DNA of 64,000 nt, taken from Azolla caroliniana. Lineage: Eukaryota; Plantae; Polypodiophyta. Of this stretch, positions 25,006-39,342 are shown in pieces. Both the position numbers and the translations under genes were made by a program. Each line of letters starts with the position of its first letter. Positions within the stretch are counted from its first letter, which is position 1. The notes below the pieces were generated by a model. The model worked only from the letters and a program-made list of their open reading frames with translations. It was not told where the DNA came from and did no database searches. The stretch is from assembly GCA_043228905.1 (NCBI GenBank), contig JBHGNT010000007.1, forward strand, positions 17,608,001 through 17,672,000, written 5' to 3'.

Positions 25006-26639
25006 ATTTTGATATATCTCATGATATTCCCAACTTATCCCTCTTTCTCCACAACAAATATCGAAAGGGTTGCAAAACGGAATGCAAAACCTTCACATGA
25101 AATGACCAAGATTGTGACTTCTAACACATGAACTTGTCCCTTAACGTGCTAGGCATCTATTCAATCATTGGTCATTCATAACGATCATTCCTAATAGATA
25201 CCCCAAATGTTGAAAAATAGTGCTATGTTTTGATTTTGTTTAGACCTTCTCAAATTTCCTTCAATTGTCCTTTTGATTGAAATCAACACATTTTATGAAT
25301 CTTGACATTTCAATGTTTTTATACCTTAGCACATGCCACATCACCACTCCCACCAAACCAACAGATCCTCCGATGATAAGTGCCAAATAATGCCATGGGT
25401 GAAGCTTATTACCATGACTAGGGCCTTTGTCCTCTTTATTATCTCCTTTCCCGTGATGTATATACCACTTAATTGTATGACAAACCCATAAAGTGCGCCC
25501 AATCATAAGGATTGTTTATCTTTTCCCTCCAACTCTACCACAACCATTTTGTCCACCAAATCCATGCCGACCACCTAATCCACTAGATTAGCTTCATCCA
25601 TCTTCCACTGCCGGGCGTGGTTGTTGTAGTCCCTAAGACTTGATGCTTTAGTGATGGCCTTAATGCCATTGAATAAACCGTTCTATCTCATTAGTGTCCA
25701 AATCTTGGGATTTTTTTGTTCTTCCTCTTCCTCTTTCTTACCTTTGGCTATTTCTTTCTCAAATCCATAGGCCTAATTTCATTGACATTCTTTTTTGGTA
25801 AGTCCTTGAGAATGATCGCTTCAAGAAAACTTGAGACTAAGTCTTCCTTTTGCATTTCTTTAATCTCTTCACATGCCTTCACTAGTTTATCAAAGTTCAT
25901 GAATATAGTGAAGATTGGGGATGAAGCTTCAAACATGACATCCATGTCATCGTCTCAATTGCCTCCAACCTTTTGAATTCCCTTCCTGCCCATAATAATG
26001 CCTCTTGAATGTGAAGCTTTTGAGACATTCATCATCATTATGTCATCTATATCACCCTCAAATATTTCTTGTGATATCTTGTGATTAGGGTCTCATCTTG
26101 GTTAGAAGCTTCAGAGATGCAGTTTTTTGCAACACTCCAACTATCACTAGTTTATCCTTTTAAGGCTCAAGCTTGGAGCCTTGAGCTTCGAAGTCTAGAA
26201 ATTTGGAGCATTGAGCTTGGATCCTTGAGCCTCAAATTGTTTACGAAGTTAAGTTAAAATTGTGAATTATGAAGGTTAAACAAATGATATTGTTTTTTTG
26301 CAACAATTAGCGTGATACAAAAATAAAGTTAAATAAACACTAAATACTAATCAAATCGTCAAGTGCCATTAAATGGAGATTGATGCAACAAATCGTCAAG
26401 TGCCATTAAATGAAGATCCAAAGTAGAGGCAACGAGCAAACCATCTATGTTTATACAGTGGTGGTCGAGGACACACCATTAAATTGTCCTCATAAACCAA
26501 TACATCAAGTTAACCAAGTAACTTCTAGTAGTAAATTTGATCTTGTTCCTCCAACTACATCTAGTAATCCTAGTAGCTTTGCAACATCTATTATGTTTGA
26601 AGTCATAAGTCAACTAGATGAAGTGTCAAACAAGTAAGT

Positions 26640-27390
26640 CTACCCAAAGTAGGAGCCATTTGGTAGGACAACCTTGAATTCATAGAGTTAATCCAAAGTC
26701 ATGGTTGTATTGCATCCAATCAAGGAACTTATAATCTAGTTTGGATTTGTCCAGGTAATGAGTGGAAGTCTGCATTTTGCACTCGATTTGGACATGTTGA
26801 GTATACAATTATGCCTTTTGGTCTCACAAATGTGCTTGTGGTATTCCAACATATGATAATTTTTTCGAGACTTCTTGGATATAATCATTATCATTTATAT
26901 CTAAATGGCATGCTAATCTTTTCAAAGCCTCAAGAGGAGCATTATGAACATATTCACCAGGTTCTATGAGGATTACGAGAATATCAACTCTATGTTATGG
27001 TCTTGCAGAAATGAATATCTATGGATACAAGAAAGGCACAAACATTTCTAGATTGGAAGATACCACAATCTATGCGTGATGCCCTATGTTTTTGGGCTTT
27101 GCAAATTTTTATAGTAAATTAATCAATAATTATTTGAAGATTGTTGTTCCGCGTATAGAATTGATGTAGAGGAACAAACTGTTTATATTAAATTGAAGGC
27201 TAGCATAGTTGAGGCATTTGAAGCTTAAAATGTGTAGTTACATTTATCCTTATTTAGATCCATGTTGACACAACCAAGCCCTTTAGTTGAGAAGTTAATG
27301 CATCCGGTTTTGTATTCGAAAGTATCCTCTCACAAACTAAAGAGAGAAAATAGTTCCATCTAGTTGCTTTCCATTCACAAAAGATTGAAC
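26640..27390 (+). mobile_element. Degraded Ty3/gypsy RT-RNase H remnant
   Basis: FCTRFGHVEYTIMPFGLTN, FRDFLD, GFANFY and VAFHS fragments with frameshifts. Confidence 0.75.
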
Positions 27391-27393
27391 GAG

Positions 27394-28560
27394 GAATTAG
27401 AATTAGAATTAGAATTTTTATCGTCCATAAAGAGGCCGGTTTTGACCTATGGGACCAGAGTATACATGTGTTCTTGATATGTGTCTCCTTCCTACGAAGG
27501 GGTATTCATACATTGAAGCACAAAGTCTCTATGCGTGAATAAAGCATACACATGAGCTCAACCTTCTAGGTGGTGTCTTAAGCATGACACTTAAGTTATC
27601 ACTCCCTCTTAGTATGCTAGCATATCTTGAACGAATTGCACTATATGTCGAGCATGTGAAGAGCAAGTGACATTCATCCTCTACCATGCCTTCATTGCAT
27701 AACATGTCTTCAAATTCGTTACATTTTGATACCATGATGCAACTTCAATACCTAACTTGTGAGATCGAGTGCGAAGTAGTGTAAGGGCTCTACAAGCATT
27801 ACTACTCATATTGGTAATGAGATAAGGTTGGATACGATCAATAGGTATTAGGCATTCATGCTTTATATTGAGACCAACATTCAGGGTTGACATTTGCATT
27901 ATATTATTCTAGCTTTGTCCTCTTAGCATCTTCCCACTTCATCCTTAATGATTCCACCAACCTTTCCTCAATAATTACATAATGCATAACATTGCCCAAA
28001 AGCTCTAAAAGATCATCCACACCCCATGTTCTAAACCATTTCCTTATGTCAACAACCCAATTGGATGAGGGAATCTTACTCTTTTGATTCTTTTGTGCAT
28101 TAAGAGAGATGGTGCCACCCCATACTTCTACTCCATAAAGCAATACTTGAGTTACCATGGCATTGAACAACATTAGTTTTACTTCCCATACACAAGTATC
28201 ACTTTGGTTGAAGTATCACTTTGGTTGCATTGGTTCTCCAAAAGGTAATACGATTTCCAACCGGCTTGGAACCTAGAATCAAAGCATGCACTCCATTTAT
28301 TTGTGGCGGGTACATCAATACCAAGATATTTAAAGCTTCGAACAAATTGTATATGTTCACCTCTATAGGAGAAATTAATTGTGAGATTCACAAGAAGGAA
28401 GTTTTGGCTACCGTGGATTCTTTTGGACATTATTGCCATTTTCTTGAAGTTTCTCCAAATCAGGTAATTGTCTATGTGGCTCACACAAAAGTTAGATCGT
28501 ACATTCATGTGAAATACTAGAAACATCCTCAAAGGTTGTCATTCATGTACGTCCTACACT
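27394..28560 (-). mobile_element. 5'-truncated non-LTR retrotransposon (RTE-X-like) 3' end
   Basis: SFKYLGI, LLYGVEVWG, LRTRSHKLGIEVASW..VEDECHLLFTC..Y..IR; ends in an (ATTCTA)n microsatellite tail at ~27394-27415. Confidence 0.75.
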
Positions 28561-28665
28561 CCCAAGAAGGGGAAACTACAAATGCTCTCACATATTTAGT
28601 TGAAACTATTCAACAACAATTTTTCACCAAGTAAGCCGTCCTTTCTAGTTTAGATCCCTAATGCT

Positions 28666-29212
28666 TAGCAATGGGCACAATTCGGTTTCAAGGCAAAGAA
28701 ACCAAAACGAACCGTTTATATAAAACAAAAACTAAACCAAACCGTTTATGAACTCTTAAGTATTTAAACCAAATCATTTAAAACCAAACCGTTTAGGGAA
28801 AAGTTGAAACCAAATCGAACCGTTTAATAAAAAATTTAAACTTAACTATTTAAGTCAAACTATTAGATATTTAAAAATAAACAAAAATAAATTAAATTAA
28901 ATAAGCATTTAACCGAAATTTATTAAATCAATAAAAGGAACTTTAATTGAACCATTAAATTAAATAAACATTTACGTTAAATTAATTAAATCAATAAAAA
29001 ACCATTACATTAATAAACTATTAAAATAAAATAAAAAGTTAACTAAAAACCTATAAACCTTTAAACCAAACCTATAAACCCAAGTTTTAGAACTGAACTG
29101 AAGTGTTTATCGAAAATCCAAACCAAACCATTAAATTTTTTGGAACCAATAAACTGTTAAACAATGGCTTAACGGTTCGGTTCGGTTGGAGCCGAAACCG
29201 TGCCAATTGCTA
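28666..29212. mobile_element. hAT-type MITE (older relative of the 21813 element)
   Basis: TIR TAGCAAT(G/T)GGCAC; imperfect 8-bp TSD CTAATGCT / CTAGCGCT; AACCG subterminal repeats. Confidence 0.8.
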
Positions 29213-31799
29213 CTAGCGCTCCTACTCAACTCCATATGCACGCTTGTCATTCGTTGGACTTTGCCTCTTTGTAAATGTTTCTCTTGTGCACAGTTTTTGA
29301 AGCTAATAAATTTTGTAATTCTCCTAAATATGGCTTGGCGTTGGTAAGTTTTGTTTTCATACTTACTACATGTCTCATTCTAGTCTCTTGTAGCTTGTCG
29401 ATCACCTTTCACCCTATGATCCTTTTAGTAGGCATTAAACCCTTTTGTTTAACTAGGTAGTTCTTGTTGTTTAGGCTACGTTTGATGATTGTTTCTTGAC
29501 CTTTTATGTGATTCATAACTTGGACCAAAGTCTTGATCCATCGAAGAACTTCATATTTAATCGCTGCTCTCCTTTTGCACATACCACATCACTACAACAT
29601 ATTCTACATTTTTCAGCTTAATAATACATACATATTCTACTAGATTAAGTAGTTAGTTCATGCTATCTAGGCTATGTTTGACTATTCTCTTCCACTTTTT
29701 CTTCGAGTCATCACTTTGACCAAGTGTTGACCTATCACAAAACTTCATGTTTAATTGTTTCTCTCCTTTTGCACACGCCTCAAGAAAGGGAGAGGACGAT
29801 CATTGTTGGATAAAGGCTCTAGTCGTTGTCTTTCAACTCTATCGGAGTCACCCTTGAGGCCATCATATTGGCTCTTTAGAGTGGCTACAACTTCACTCCA
29901 TATCTCTTGCATTAACATTATTGGTTGTGCGCTTTGGTTGGAGAAGACCCGTCTACACCGTTGTTTCCATAAAATCCAAAGAGTTATTGGGCTGCCCAAG
30001 TCCAACACAACTTGAGATTTGGCACTAATAGGAGTTGAGTGGATATTGTCGATGGTGGAGAGAAAAACCTCTTGTGCTTTTATAACCAAAGTCATCCCCT
30101 CTTCCTGATGCTCATATCTGTCATCTGGGGCCTGCCATGATAGCCAACATACATTCCCCCACTTAATTGAGCCTTGCACTTGGCATAATTGCAATAAGCG
30201 GCCAACCCCCCACCATATTCGATGGGACTCTAGGTAGTCCCATAATGCATGTCGTATTGATTCTACTACAGTTGGACACACTACACAATTAGAGAGCTGA
30301 GGTTCCCACGCTACCATGCACCAACTGGTAGTGACCTATGTATTAATAGCCATTGGAAAGTGGCGATTCGCCTCACGTGTTGTTGTTTCCAAAGTTTCTG
30401 CCAAAACTTGGTGATAATTGTGTAAGGAACATGATATGTTTTCAAGACCTTTGTAGCAGCCGGATCTCGGGCAGATTGAGTGGCTATAATATGACGATCC
30501 GATCTAGTTGTGAATTGAAAGAAAGGGATAGGTTTGCTTCCTTGACCCGTGTAAGGATCACACCATGTCCATTGCAAAGGGTTCCAACTGACCTTACATA
30601 GCCATGTGTTTTCATGAGTACATATGTGCCAATTTGGTTGTACTTTGACTGGATGAGGATCTACAATCCATTTATGCCCAATATATGCTAGTTATTAGTC
30701 GAATTGCCTTATGTTGTGTTGATGTCTCGTTGTCTTGCAGTTCAGAGCCTTCGATCCTATCCGGTGTGTCCCTACCTTTTGGGAGCAAAGAGCCCTCCTC
30801 CTTGTAACCTATCCATTTCTCTGTTGTCGTCCTTTGATGAGAATCTTCCCTAATCAGTAGAGCGTTAATGATTTCAAATCTCATAGCCCATCCGTCCCTG
30901 ATTCCATGGAGGATGTTGGCTTGGTCTTGTATTGGCAATGACATAAACCGTCTCCAACATTCTATACTTTTTCCTGGACCTTCCAACATGTATCCCCATG
31001 ACAACCCCTTGCTTGATCCAATTAGTTGATTAGATTCATCCCTAATACATGGGTTCCAAAGGATACGTTGATTGAGCCAGGCAGGTTCGGAATTGGGTTG
31101 ATCGCACTTGAGTCCTCGTTTAATGTCACACCACGCCTTCCACATGGATGCACTAAATCTATCCTCTAGTTGGCGGGAGAAACTAGGTTTGAGATCCATG
31201 TTTAGAATCCATCCAGTTTGGGGGGCCCAATTGGTCCCTTTTCATGGCCTAAAGTAAGCGAAGCGTAACCGTAGTAGCATTTTCTAGCAGTCATTCCCTG
31301 GTTGGAGTCCTCACACCACAAATTTGGCGAGTAGGGTTTTTGATTGTGAGAGGGGATCAATAAGACCCAATCCTCCTCTTGACTTAGGTGATGTGAGTAT
31401 AGGCCACACCACCTTGGCCCGAGTTGCAGGATCTTCCTTACCACACCAAATGTAATTGTGTACCAATCCTTGAATTTGGTGTATACTTTCCTTGGAGATT
31501 GTCCAGCATGATAGGCTGTACCATGCTGCCGCGAGTAATACTTGGTTTGCCACTATGATGCGCCCCGCTAGTGCGAGTTTTTTTGAACTCCAATGTATTA
31601 ACTTTTGTCGTATGGAGTGAATAACTGGTGTAACCATAGTTTCTGGAGGTATGTTGAACCCAATTTGGAAACCCAAATATTTGGTGCTCTCTCCTTGATT
31701 GATCCACTTGAAAACGGGATCTGGGTGCCACACAGGATGTGCATCATGAGAGAGCCATATTGCACAGGATTTGTGCCAATTGATCACGACATTGGATCT

Positions 31800-32270
31800 T
31801 GTTAATGTTAACGTGTAGAAGCGTTAGACAGAACCGGCTTAGCCAAGTAGCAACAGAGAATAAGATGAAGGTTTAATGGAGAAGCTTAATACACAGAGAG
31901 TATACGCGAGAGAGACAGAGAGAGCAGAACATAAATGTAGATTCAAAAAATGAAAACACTCTGTAACTCTGTACATACATCATGTTAAACAACACTATTT
32001 ATATATTTATACAAGTCCTCAAAAGGATTGACAGAAGTACTATGTACTTCAATGCTCATACGAGCGACTAACACTAACTACGAGACAATGATTACCTAGT
32101 AGTATAGGCTACCACTAGGCTTCCGGTTCGCACTCGAATCCGGCTCTCCGATCCGTCTCCCCTATCTGGTCAGTTGTTTCCGGATACTGATCCGGCTCAT
32201 CCTTCCGGATGCTAATCCGGCTCTAGCTTATTCAGCCAATCTGGATCTGGTTGAGCTTGCTCGCTCAACA
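31800..32270 (-). mobile_element. Solo LTR (copia-like) inside the L1 RT
   Basis: TG...CA termini; TSD GATCT (31795-31799 / 32271-32275); the minus-strand start TGTTGAGCGAGCAAGCTCAAC resembles the LTR at 44818. Confidence 0.88.
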
Positions 32271-32385
32271 GATCTCTTGCAAAATACATCTAGACCACTT
32301 TCTAGCTTTTGTAAATTTTCCAAGTTGCCTTGCAAGTAGACTGCGGTGTCATCTGCAAATTCTATATCTAGGCTCTGAACCAGAC

Positions 32386-35300
32386 CTTCTCAATGAAGGA
32401 CTTGGGGCCGACAAGACAGATATTGGGAATGCACATCATTTGAAACTGGTCGAAGAAGTTGTTGTGGTTGTCACAGGAGAAGTATGCGACGAAGGTGCTT
32501 TAACGGTTCAACATGTCAGAGGTGAAACCGGTCAGATTGACACTTCCGGCAAACTGCAAACTATCCGGAAAACAAAGCTCGAGGACAAAGGCGGAGAAGA
32601 CAGATATGATGAAGATACCATATGCCTCTACCGTCGGGAGCTTGATGTACGCGATGGTATGTACGCGGCCAGATATCGGATATGCAGTCGGAGTAGTGAG
32701 CCGGTTCATGAGCAATCCTTAAAGAGAGCACCAGAACGCGGTCAAGTGGATACTCTGAGATCTGAAAGGCAACTCAAGTATGTGCCTCCGGTTTGGCTCC
32801 GGAAAACCCCAACTCGATGTTTTCACGGATTTGGATATGTTGGTTGATGCGGATACCAACCAGTCGACATCCAGAGTTGTTTCATAGCAGTCGAGGCTGC
32901 AGAAGATGGTTGCGTTATCAACCACGGAGGCGGAGTATATGGCAACTGTAGAAGCTGGCAAGGAGATAATCTGGATGAAGGACTTCATCAGAGAGCTAGG
33001 GATCCAACAGGAGGAATGTCGGCTCTACTGCGACGATCAAAGTGCCATCCACCTTGCAAAGAACGCAGCCTACCATTCCCGAACGAAACATATCCAGCGG
33101 AGGTACCATTGATTCCGGGAGAGAGTAGAAGATCAAGACTTCGCATTGACGAAGATCCACACGGAGGAGAACATGTCGGATATGCTGACCAAGGTGTTGA
33201 CAATCGACAAGTTGGACGTGTGCTGAAAGCGGATCGGGCTTGCAAGACATCCCATGCTGGAGTGAAGGGGGAGACTGTTGGGAAATCGGTCCCTCCGAAT
33301 GGGATCCGGTTATGAATGAAGAGGAACCGGTGAGAACCCGAAGAGAAGACATACTTGTAGATATGTTTTGAGTAAGCCTATTGAGGCTATATTTGTAAAT
33401 AGCCCTAAGTTCATATAAGTATAAATATGACTTAGGGCAATCACTCTATATGTTGGTAGTTGTCATATTTTGTAGGTGTATAACTGCTCTATAGAGAGAG
33501 AGAGAGAAAGAGACACAGAGCGATACTTTGTTGTAACCGCCGCTCGACGAAGAAACAGAGCTCGAGGTCGTTGCCTCCGAGTCTTTGAGTGTACCTTTCT
33601 CATATAGTGATAGTTTGGAGTCTGTGGGCTCTTGTGGTTTTTTACCCTATTAGGGTTTTCCACGTAAATATTCTGTGTACTCTCTACTTCCCATTTCTGT
33701 GATTCAAGGCTCGGTTGTGGCCGAGCAATATTCCGTGCTATTCTTCACAATCTAGTATCAGAGCGAACAACATAGGAAATGGAAGAATTGTTCGGCGGCA
33801 TGTTCAAGCTCATCGGCTCCAACTACTCAGTGTGGAAGTCAAAGATGAGGGATATGCTAGTGGTTAAAGATCTTTGGTTGCCGGTTCAGTTTGGGGACAA
33901 GAGATCACATAAGATCGACGCCATAGTGTGAGAGGTGATGCACATGAAGACGACGGCATACATCCGGTGCTTCATCGACATGAGCTTGTACAACAACTTC
34001 AATGAAGAGAGCAAGGCTCATGAACTCCGGGAAAGAATGCCGTTAATCGGGTTTCGGTATTCTAGAAGCTAGCGAGGCTCTGGTACCAGGACGGCTCCAG
34101 TATGGCGGAGCACATGAATGCCTTCCAGGGACTGATCCACCAGGCAACCTCGTTGGAAGTACCTCTTGCCGATGAGGTACTCGCATTACTCCTACTCGGT
34201 TCCCTCCTGGATAGTTGGGAGACGCTAGTTGTCATGTTGGGTAACGCCGGGCCGGAAGGAAAACAATTGTCCCTAGCAAGAGTCAAGTCAAGCTTGCTAG
34301 ATGAAGAAGCCCGCCGGAAGGACTGGGAGTCCGGAACCAATCCGAAGGCCTTGGTCACGAAAGATGACCACAACCGGGGAAGAGGCCGGTATCGGAGTCC
34401 CCAAAACCGAGACAAATTGGGGACGAGGTCAAAGTCAAGGATGAGGCCTACTTGCTTCTACTGTGGGAAGCCGGGGCACTTCTAGAAGAACTGTTGGCAT
34501 TTCCGGAAAGAGAAAGAAACCGGCAGTACCGATTCGAAGAAGAGTTCGGACCGAAATGGTTAAGACCGGAGAGGCCCGGATCGGAAGGGAACGTCGGCAA
34601 TCGTGACAAGTGAAGAAGAACCGATGCTCATTACTGAAGAGAATGAGTTAAACCTTGTCGGCGACGAGACAATGTGGGTTGTCGATTCCGGAGCGTCGTT
34701 CCACCTGACACCGGATCGGAAATGCTTCTCATCCTACACAACCGGTGATCATGGTTGTGTCCGCATGGGGAATGAAGGTACATGCCGAATTATCGGCATA
34801 GGAGATGCGTTGTTGATGACATCAACCGGATGCAAGTTGCCGCTGAAGGATGTCCAACACGTTCCGGAGGTTCGATTGAACCTGATATCAGCCGGTCGGC
34901 TAGATGATGAAGGCTACACGGGTAGCATCTGGAACGGAGTCATGAAGTTCTGCAAAGGGAGCCTAATAGTGGTTTGTGCTAGGAAGGTCAACACCATGTA
35001 CATGATGAATGCCCGGATATGATGGGAAGACGTGAACGTAGCATCCGACACTGCCAGTGAGCTGTGGCACAAGGTGTCACATGAGCCAGAAGGGGATGAG
35101 AAGACTTGCCAAAGACAATCTCATTCCGGTGAAGGACGTGCAACTTGAGAAGTGCACCGATTGTCATGCTGGCAAGCAAAACCGAACCTCCTTCCGGTCA
35201 AGACCACCGATGAGACGGAATGCACCACTAGACCTAGTGCATACCGATGTGTGTCAAGTGGACACGAAGTCACATGCCGGAGCGTAGTACTTCGTGACGT

Positions 35301-36250
35301 TCATAGATGACCACAACTGGAAACTTTGGGTCTCACCATTGAAGACAAAGGATCAAGTGTTATCCGTCTTCAAGGAACTCCACGCGAGAGTGGAAAGAGA
35401 AACCGGTCGGAAGCTGAAGGCGGTTCGAACAGATAACGGAGGAGAATACCGAGGGCAGTTCAAGGAGTACTGCCGGTTGAAGGGAATCCGGCTCGAATTT
35501 ACCATGCCGAAGACATCAGAACTGAACGAGCTGGCTGAACGGATGAACCAGACCATAATGGAGAGAGTCTACAACATGCTAGCACATGCCAAGTTACCCA
35601 AGACGTTTTGGGCTGAGGCGTTCACGACGGTGACTTACGTGATAAACAGATCACCCTTAGAACCCTTGGACGGAGACACACCGCAAAGAGTGTGGAGCGG
35701 TAAGGACGTATCCTATCGGCATCTAAAGGTGTTCGGATGTCTCGCTTACGTGCATGCCGGAGTGAAGGGGGAGATTGTTGGGAAATTGGTCCCTCCGGAT
35801 GGGATCCGATTATGAATGAAGAGGACCCGGTGAGAACTGGAAGAGAAGACATACTTGTAAATATGTTTTGAGTAAGCCTATTGAGGCTATATTTGTAAAT
35901 AGCCCTAAGTTCATATAAGTATAAATATGACTTAGGGCAATCACTCTATGTGTTGGTAGTTGTTGTCATATTTTGTATGTGTATAACTGTTCTATAGAGA
36001 GAGAGAGAAAGAGACACAGATCGATACTTTGTTGTAACCGCCGCTCGGCGAAGAAACAGAGCTTGAGGTCGTCGCCTCCGAGTCTCTGAGTGTACCTTTC
36101 TCATATAGTGATAGTTTGGAGTCTGTGGGCTCCCGTGGTTTTTTACCCTATTAGGGTTTTCCACGTAAATATTCGGTGTACTCTCTACTTCCCATTTCTG
36201 TGATTCAAGGCTCGGTTGTGGCCGCGCAATATTCCGCGCTATTCTTCACA
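32386..36250 (+). mobile_element. Rearranged Ty1/copia (Tnt1/Tork-like): RT-RNase H end, LTR, gag-PR-IN, LTR
   Basis: RT/RH 32386-33230 (MKDLG, TRPDI, STTEAEY, RTKHI); PPT; LTR 33276-33749; PBS variant TAGTATCAGAGC; gag CFYCGKPGH, PR VDSGAS, IN RTDNGGEY; PPT; LTR 35776-36250. Confidence 0.9.
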
Positions 36251-39005
36251 TATTCTAGCGTGTCTTGGTCCCTTGGATCGGAAGAATTCCATCGTGGTTT
36301 TGTCCCCTACTCGAATCCATCGAGCCATGCTTCCATGAAACTCCATGTAATAGATTGGCTTTTCTGCCATGATCAGTTCATGTTTGGCCATGGTAACTTG
36401 TCCCGCGATCCAACTACATGTTAGATATCGTTGTTGGAGTCGTTGTAAGGCTATTAGTCCCCGTTTTGTCCTCTATCGCTTTTCCCGAGCATCCTTACTT
36501 CTGGTCTTGACAATCTCGTGTAGTAGAGTTGAAGCTCTTGATAATTTAGCTAGAAGTTTGTTAGATGCTAATGAGGCATTGACGAGTAGTGACCATTGGC
36601 TGGCGAGTTGTTCCTTCACCTCTATAACTGTGTACATAGTGTGTGGGATTCGAGGTTGGAATGAGCCCCACTTTCGGTGCAAGTGAAAGTGACCGATTAC
36701 CGGGTAATGGTCGGAGAAAGTCGTGCCTGGAGTTATGCGACACCACCCTCCCTTCGCTTCTAGGGCCTCACTTACATAAAGACGATCTATGTGAGATAGA
36801 GTGGGTCTATTATTTCGCCCATCTAATCAGGAGAATATGAGAGAGTCCCTTTTTCGTTGGAAGTTGTCGGAATACCATATATCTCGCAAGTTAAGGTGTC
36901 CACATAACTTTTCCCATTGTTTACGTTCCCTTCCTTGTAGGACTCTGGGATTGTTGTTAGCGCTATCATGGATGGATTCAATCATATTAAAATCCCCTCC
37001 AATGCACCACTCCTCCACACCCGCTATTTGTTGGTGAATGCGTTCCCAGAATGTTGCCTGTTCTGTGCTGCTATTTGGAGCATAAACATTCATGAAATTC
37101 CAACGTTGCCCTTGGATGGCCAATGTGCAAAAATGTGCCCTTCTAGGTATTAGTGATTCATGGTGTATTAAACCTTGGGCTAGATGTTCCCGAATCAAAG
37201 TGCCAATACCACCATGATTTCCATCCTACCCTATTGCTGGCTCCCAAATTGTTTGCCATGATCTTGGTAAAAGATATCCGACTTCCTTTAAACAAGTACT
37301 ATCAAGGTGGTGTTCCTGCAACATGATGATGTCAACAACACCCCCTAATATTATTCCTCAAGATCTCTTCTCAGTTTGCATCTGTTTTGTTGGTCTAGTC
37401 AACTCTTGAGCCCTTGCACGTTCCATGTCACAATCTTCATAATCATGGAATGGAGTGAGAGATTTTTGTCTGATGCTTTGCACAACATGCCGTGAGTGGG
37501 GAGCACTCACCATTTTGACAGCCAGTCATTTCCATTGATGGAATGATGGTCCACATCCATGAATGGAGTTTGTGGGCTATCTTGTGAGCTTCAATCGCCC
37601 CTTCATGCTTCTCATAGAAATAGAAATAGCTTGGAGTTAGTTGGGTGTCTATGATAGTCCGTAGGTGGATGTGGCAGAGATGAGGTTCCTCTTCATCCAT
37701 GGTGCACCAGAATTCAGTGTTATGCCAATGCTGCTTTAGTTTGTTCATGAGGTCTTCATCACTTATTTTTGCTACAAAGCATGTTGCTTGGCTACATAGC
37801 GTATCTTTAATCTTGGATTTCGACCAATATTCCCGTGTCAGAAGCAAGAGTGGAAAGAAGATTGAGGTCGTCAGAACTCCGTTATTGTGTACTGTTGATA
37901 CATGTACCCTTATTTTTTCCATTTTCTTGTGCCCAATACCTAGCCATTTCAAGGCGTTTTGCGGGTGTGGTTCAAAGTCTTGGCTAGAGGAATCACACTC
38001 ATTTGTGTTCGGGAAGAATATGATATGAGGCGTGACATTCAAACTTCTGCCTTGGTTTGTTGCTTCTGCATTGGGTGTCGTTCCACTCAAGCTCCGTATT
38101 AAGGTCTTAACATGACTTATCCTTCTTCGCTTCCCTGTTTTGTAAGCTTTAACGAGAACTTTCTCTTGTGTGCTTGGTGTCACCTTAGGCCGTTCCTTGG
38201 GGCTTAAGAAAGAACTAGGGGAATGCTCATCCATGGGGGGGAGCTCTTGTAGTAGATTAAATCGATTGGGGCTCATTGGCGATGGAGGATTTTGTGCTTG
38301 TGGAGTTTTCCGAAGGACATGGGTTTTTCCTACCACACGCCATTCCATCACAACCTTATCGGGTCGTAGTGGGGGAGGCTTCTGATGTCCTATGGTGTCC
38401 CAACCTTCCAGAGTCTCCTTCATAGGATCTCTAATACGTCTTGTGGGGCAGTTCTTTTTTAAATGACCAAGTTTTTTGCATGCAAAACATTGCCCTGGTG
38501 CGCCAATCACTTCTATGCGTTGTTCAATCCACATTCCGTTTTTCCCGGGAATGAGGATCTTGGAGGGAAGTTTGTTGATGTCCTACACCAATAGGCGGAT
38601 AGAGGGAGGGCCTAGGTGCTTCTTTAGCCTGTCCACTAGCGTTAGTTCCTCGTCCAACATACCAAAGGAGTTGCCAATAATAGGAAGTAACATATTGTAT
38701 TCTAAGGATAATCCAGGATACAACATTGTTACCTTTTTCATGGAATCCTCATGTTGCGTTGCCTTCTCTGGGTTAAAACCATGTGTCCATTTACGCATGA
38801 ATAACCAAGTGTTTCGGACCTGACAAGGAGACATGGTTATGAGGTTCGTTGCGGAATCCTTGTCCTCTAGAACGATTTGATAAAAACCTTTACCAAGCAG
38901 TTGGACTTCTTTTATTCCACCTACTTGTGAATCAAATTTGCCTTGCAATATATCTCGAAATAGTCCTCTATTTGGTCGTGATCCCACCACGCGAAATATG
39001 ACCAC

Positions 39006-39309
39006 TGTCATGATATAGCAAGACTCGAACCCATGACCTTAGGTTATATGGGTCGAGCTCTTGACCATTAGATCATCTATTGTAATATGTAGGATATTAT
39101 TTTCATTTACATTTTATTATAGGAAATTAGCGTATATTCCAGATTTCTCAGGAACATTCTAGAAGCTTCAGGATTACTCCTGAAAACACTATAAAAGAGG
39201 GCACTAGGCATTATATTGAACCAAATTGGTTCAACGTCAGTCTTAAGCCTTTTAGCCACCATTGTATATTCTCTTCATATAATACATATCTTTCTTATCA
39301 TCACTCTCA

Positions 39310-39342
<33 letters not shown>

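Larger units (their letters stand above)
29560..39005 (-). mobile_element. Decayed L1-clade LINE (ORF1 + ORF2) interrupted by a solo LTR and copia sequence
   Basis: ORF1 39005-37443 with CFACKKLGHLKKNC. ORF2 starts MKIVTWNVQGL at 37440; endonuclease NVYAPN, IGGDFN; RT EFADDT at ~32350; KYLG, GGLGLID and zf-RVT at 31790-29750. The 5' end is cut by the LTR at 39006; the 3' end coordinate is approximate. Confidence 0.88.
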
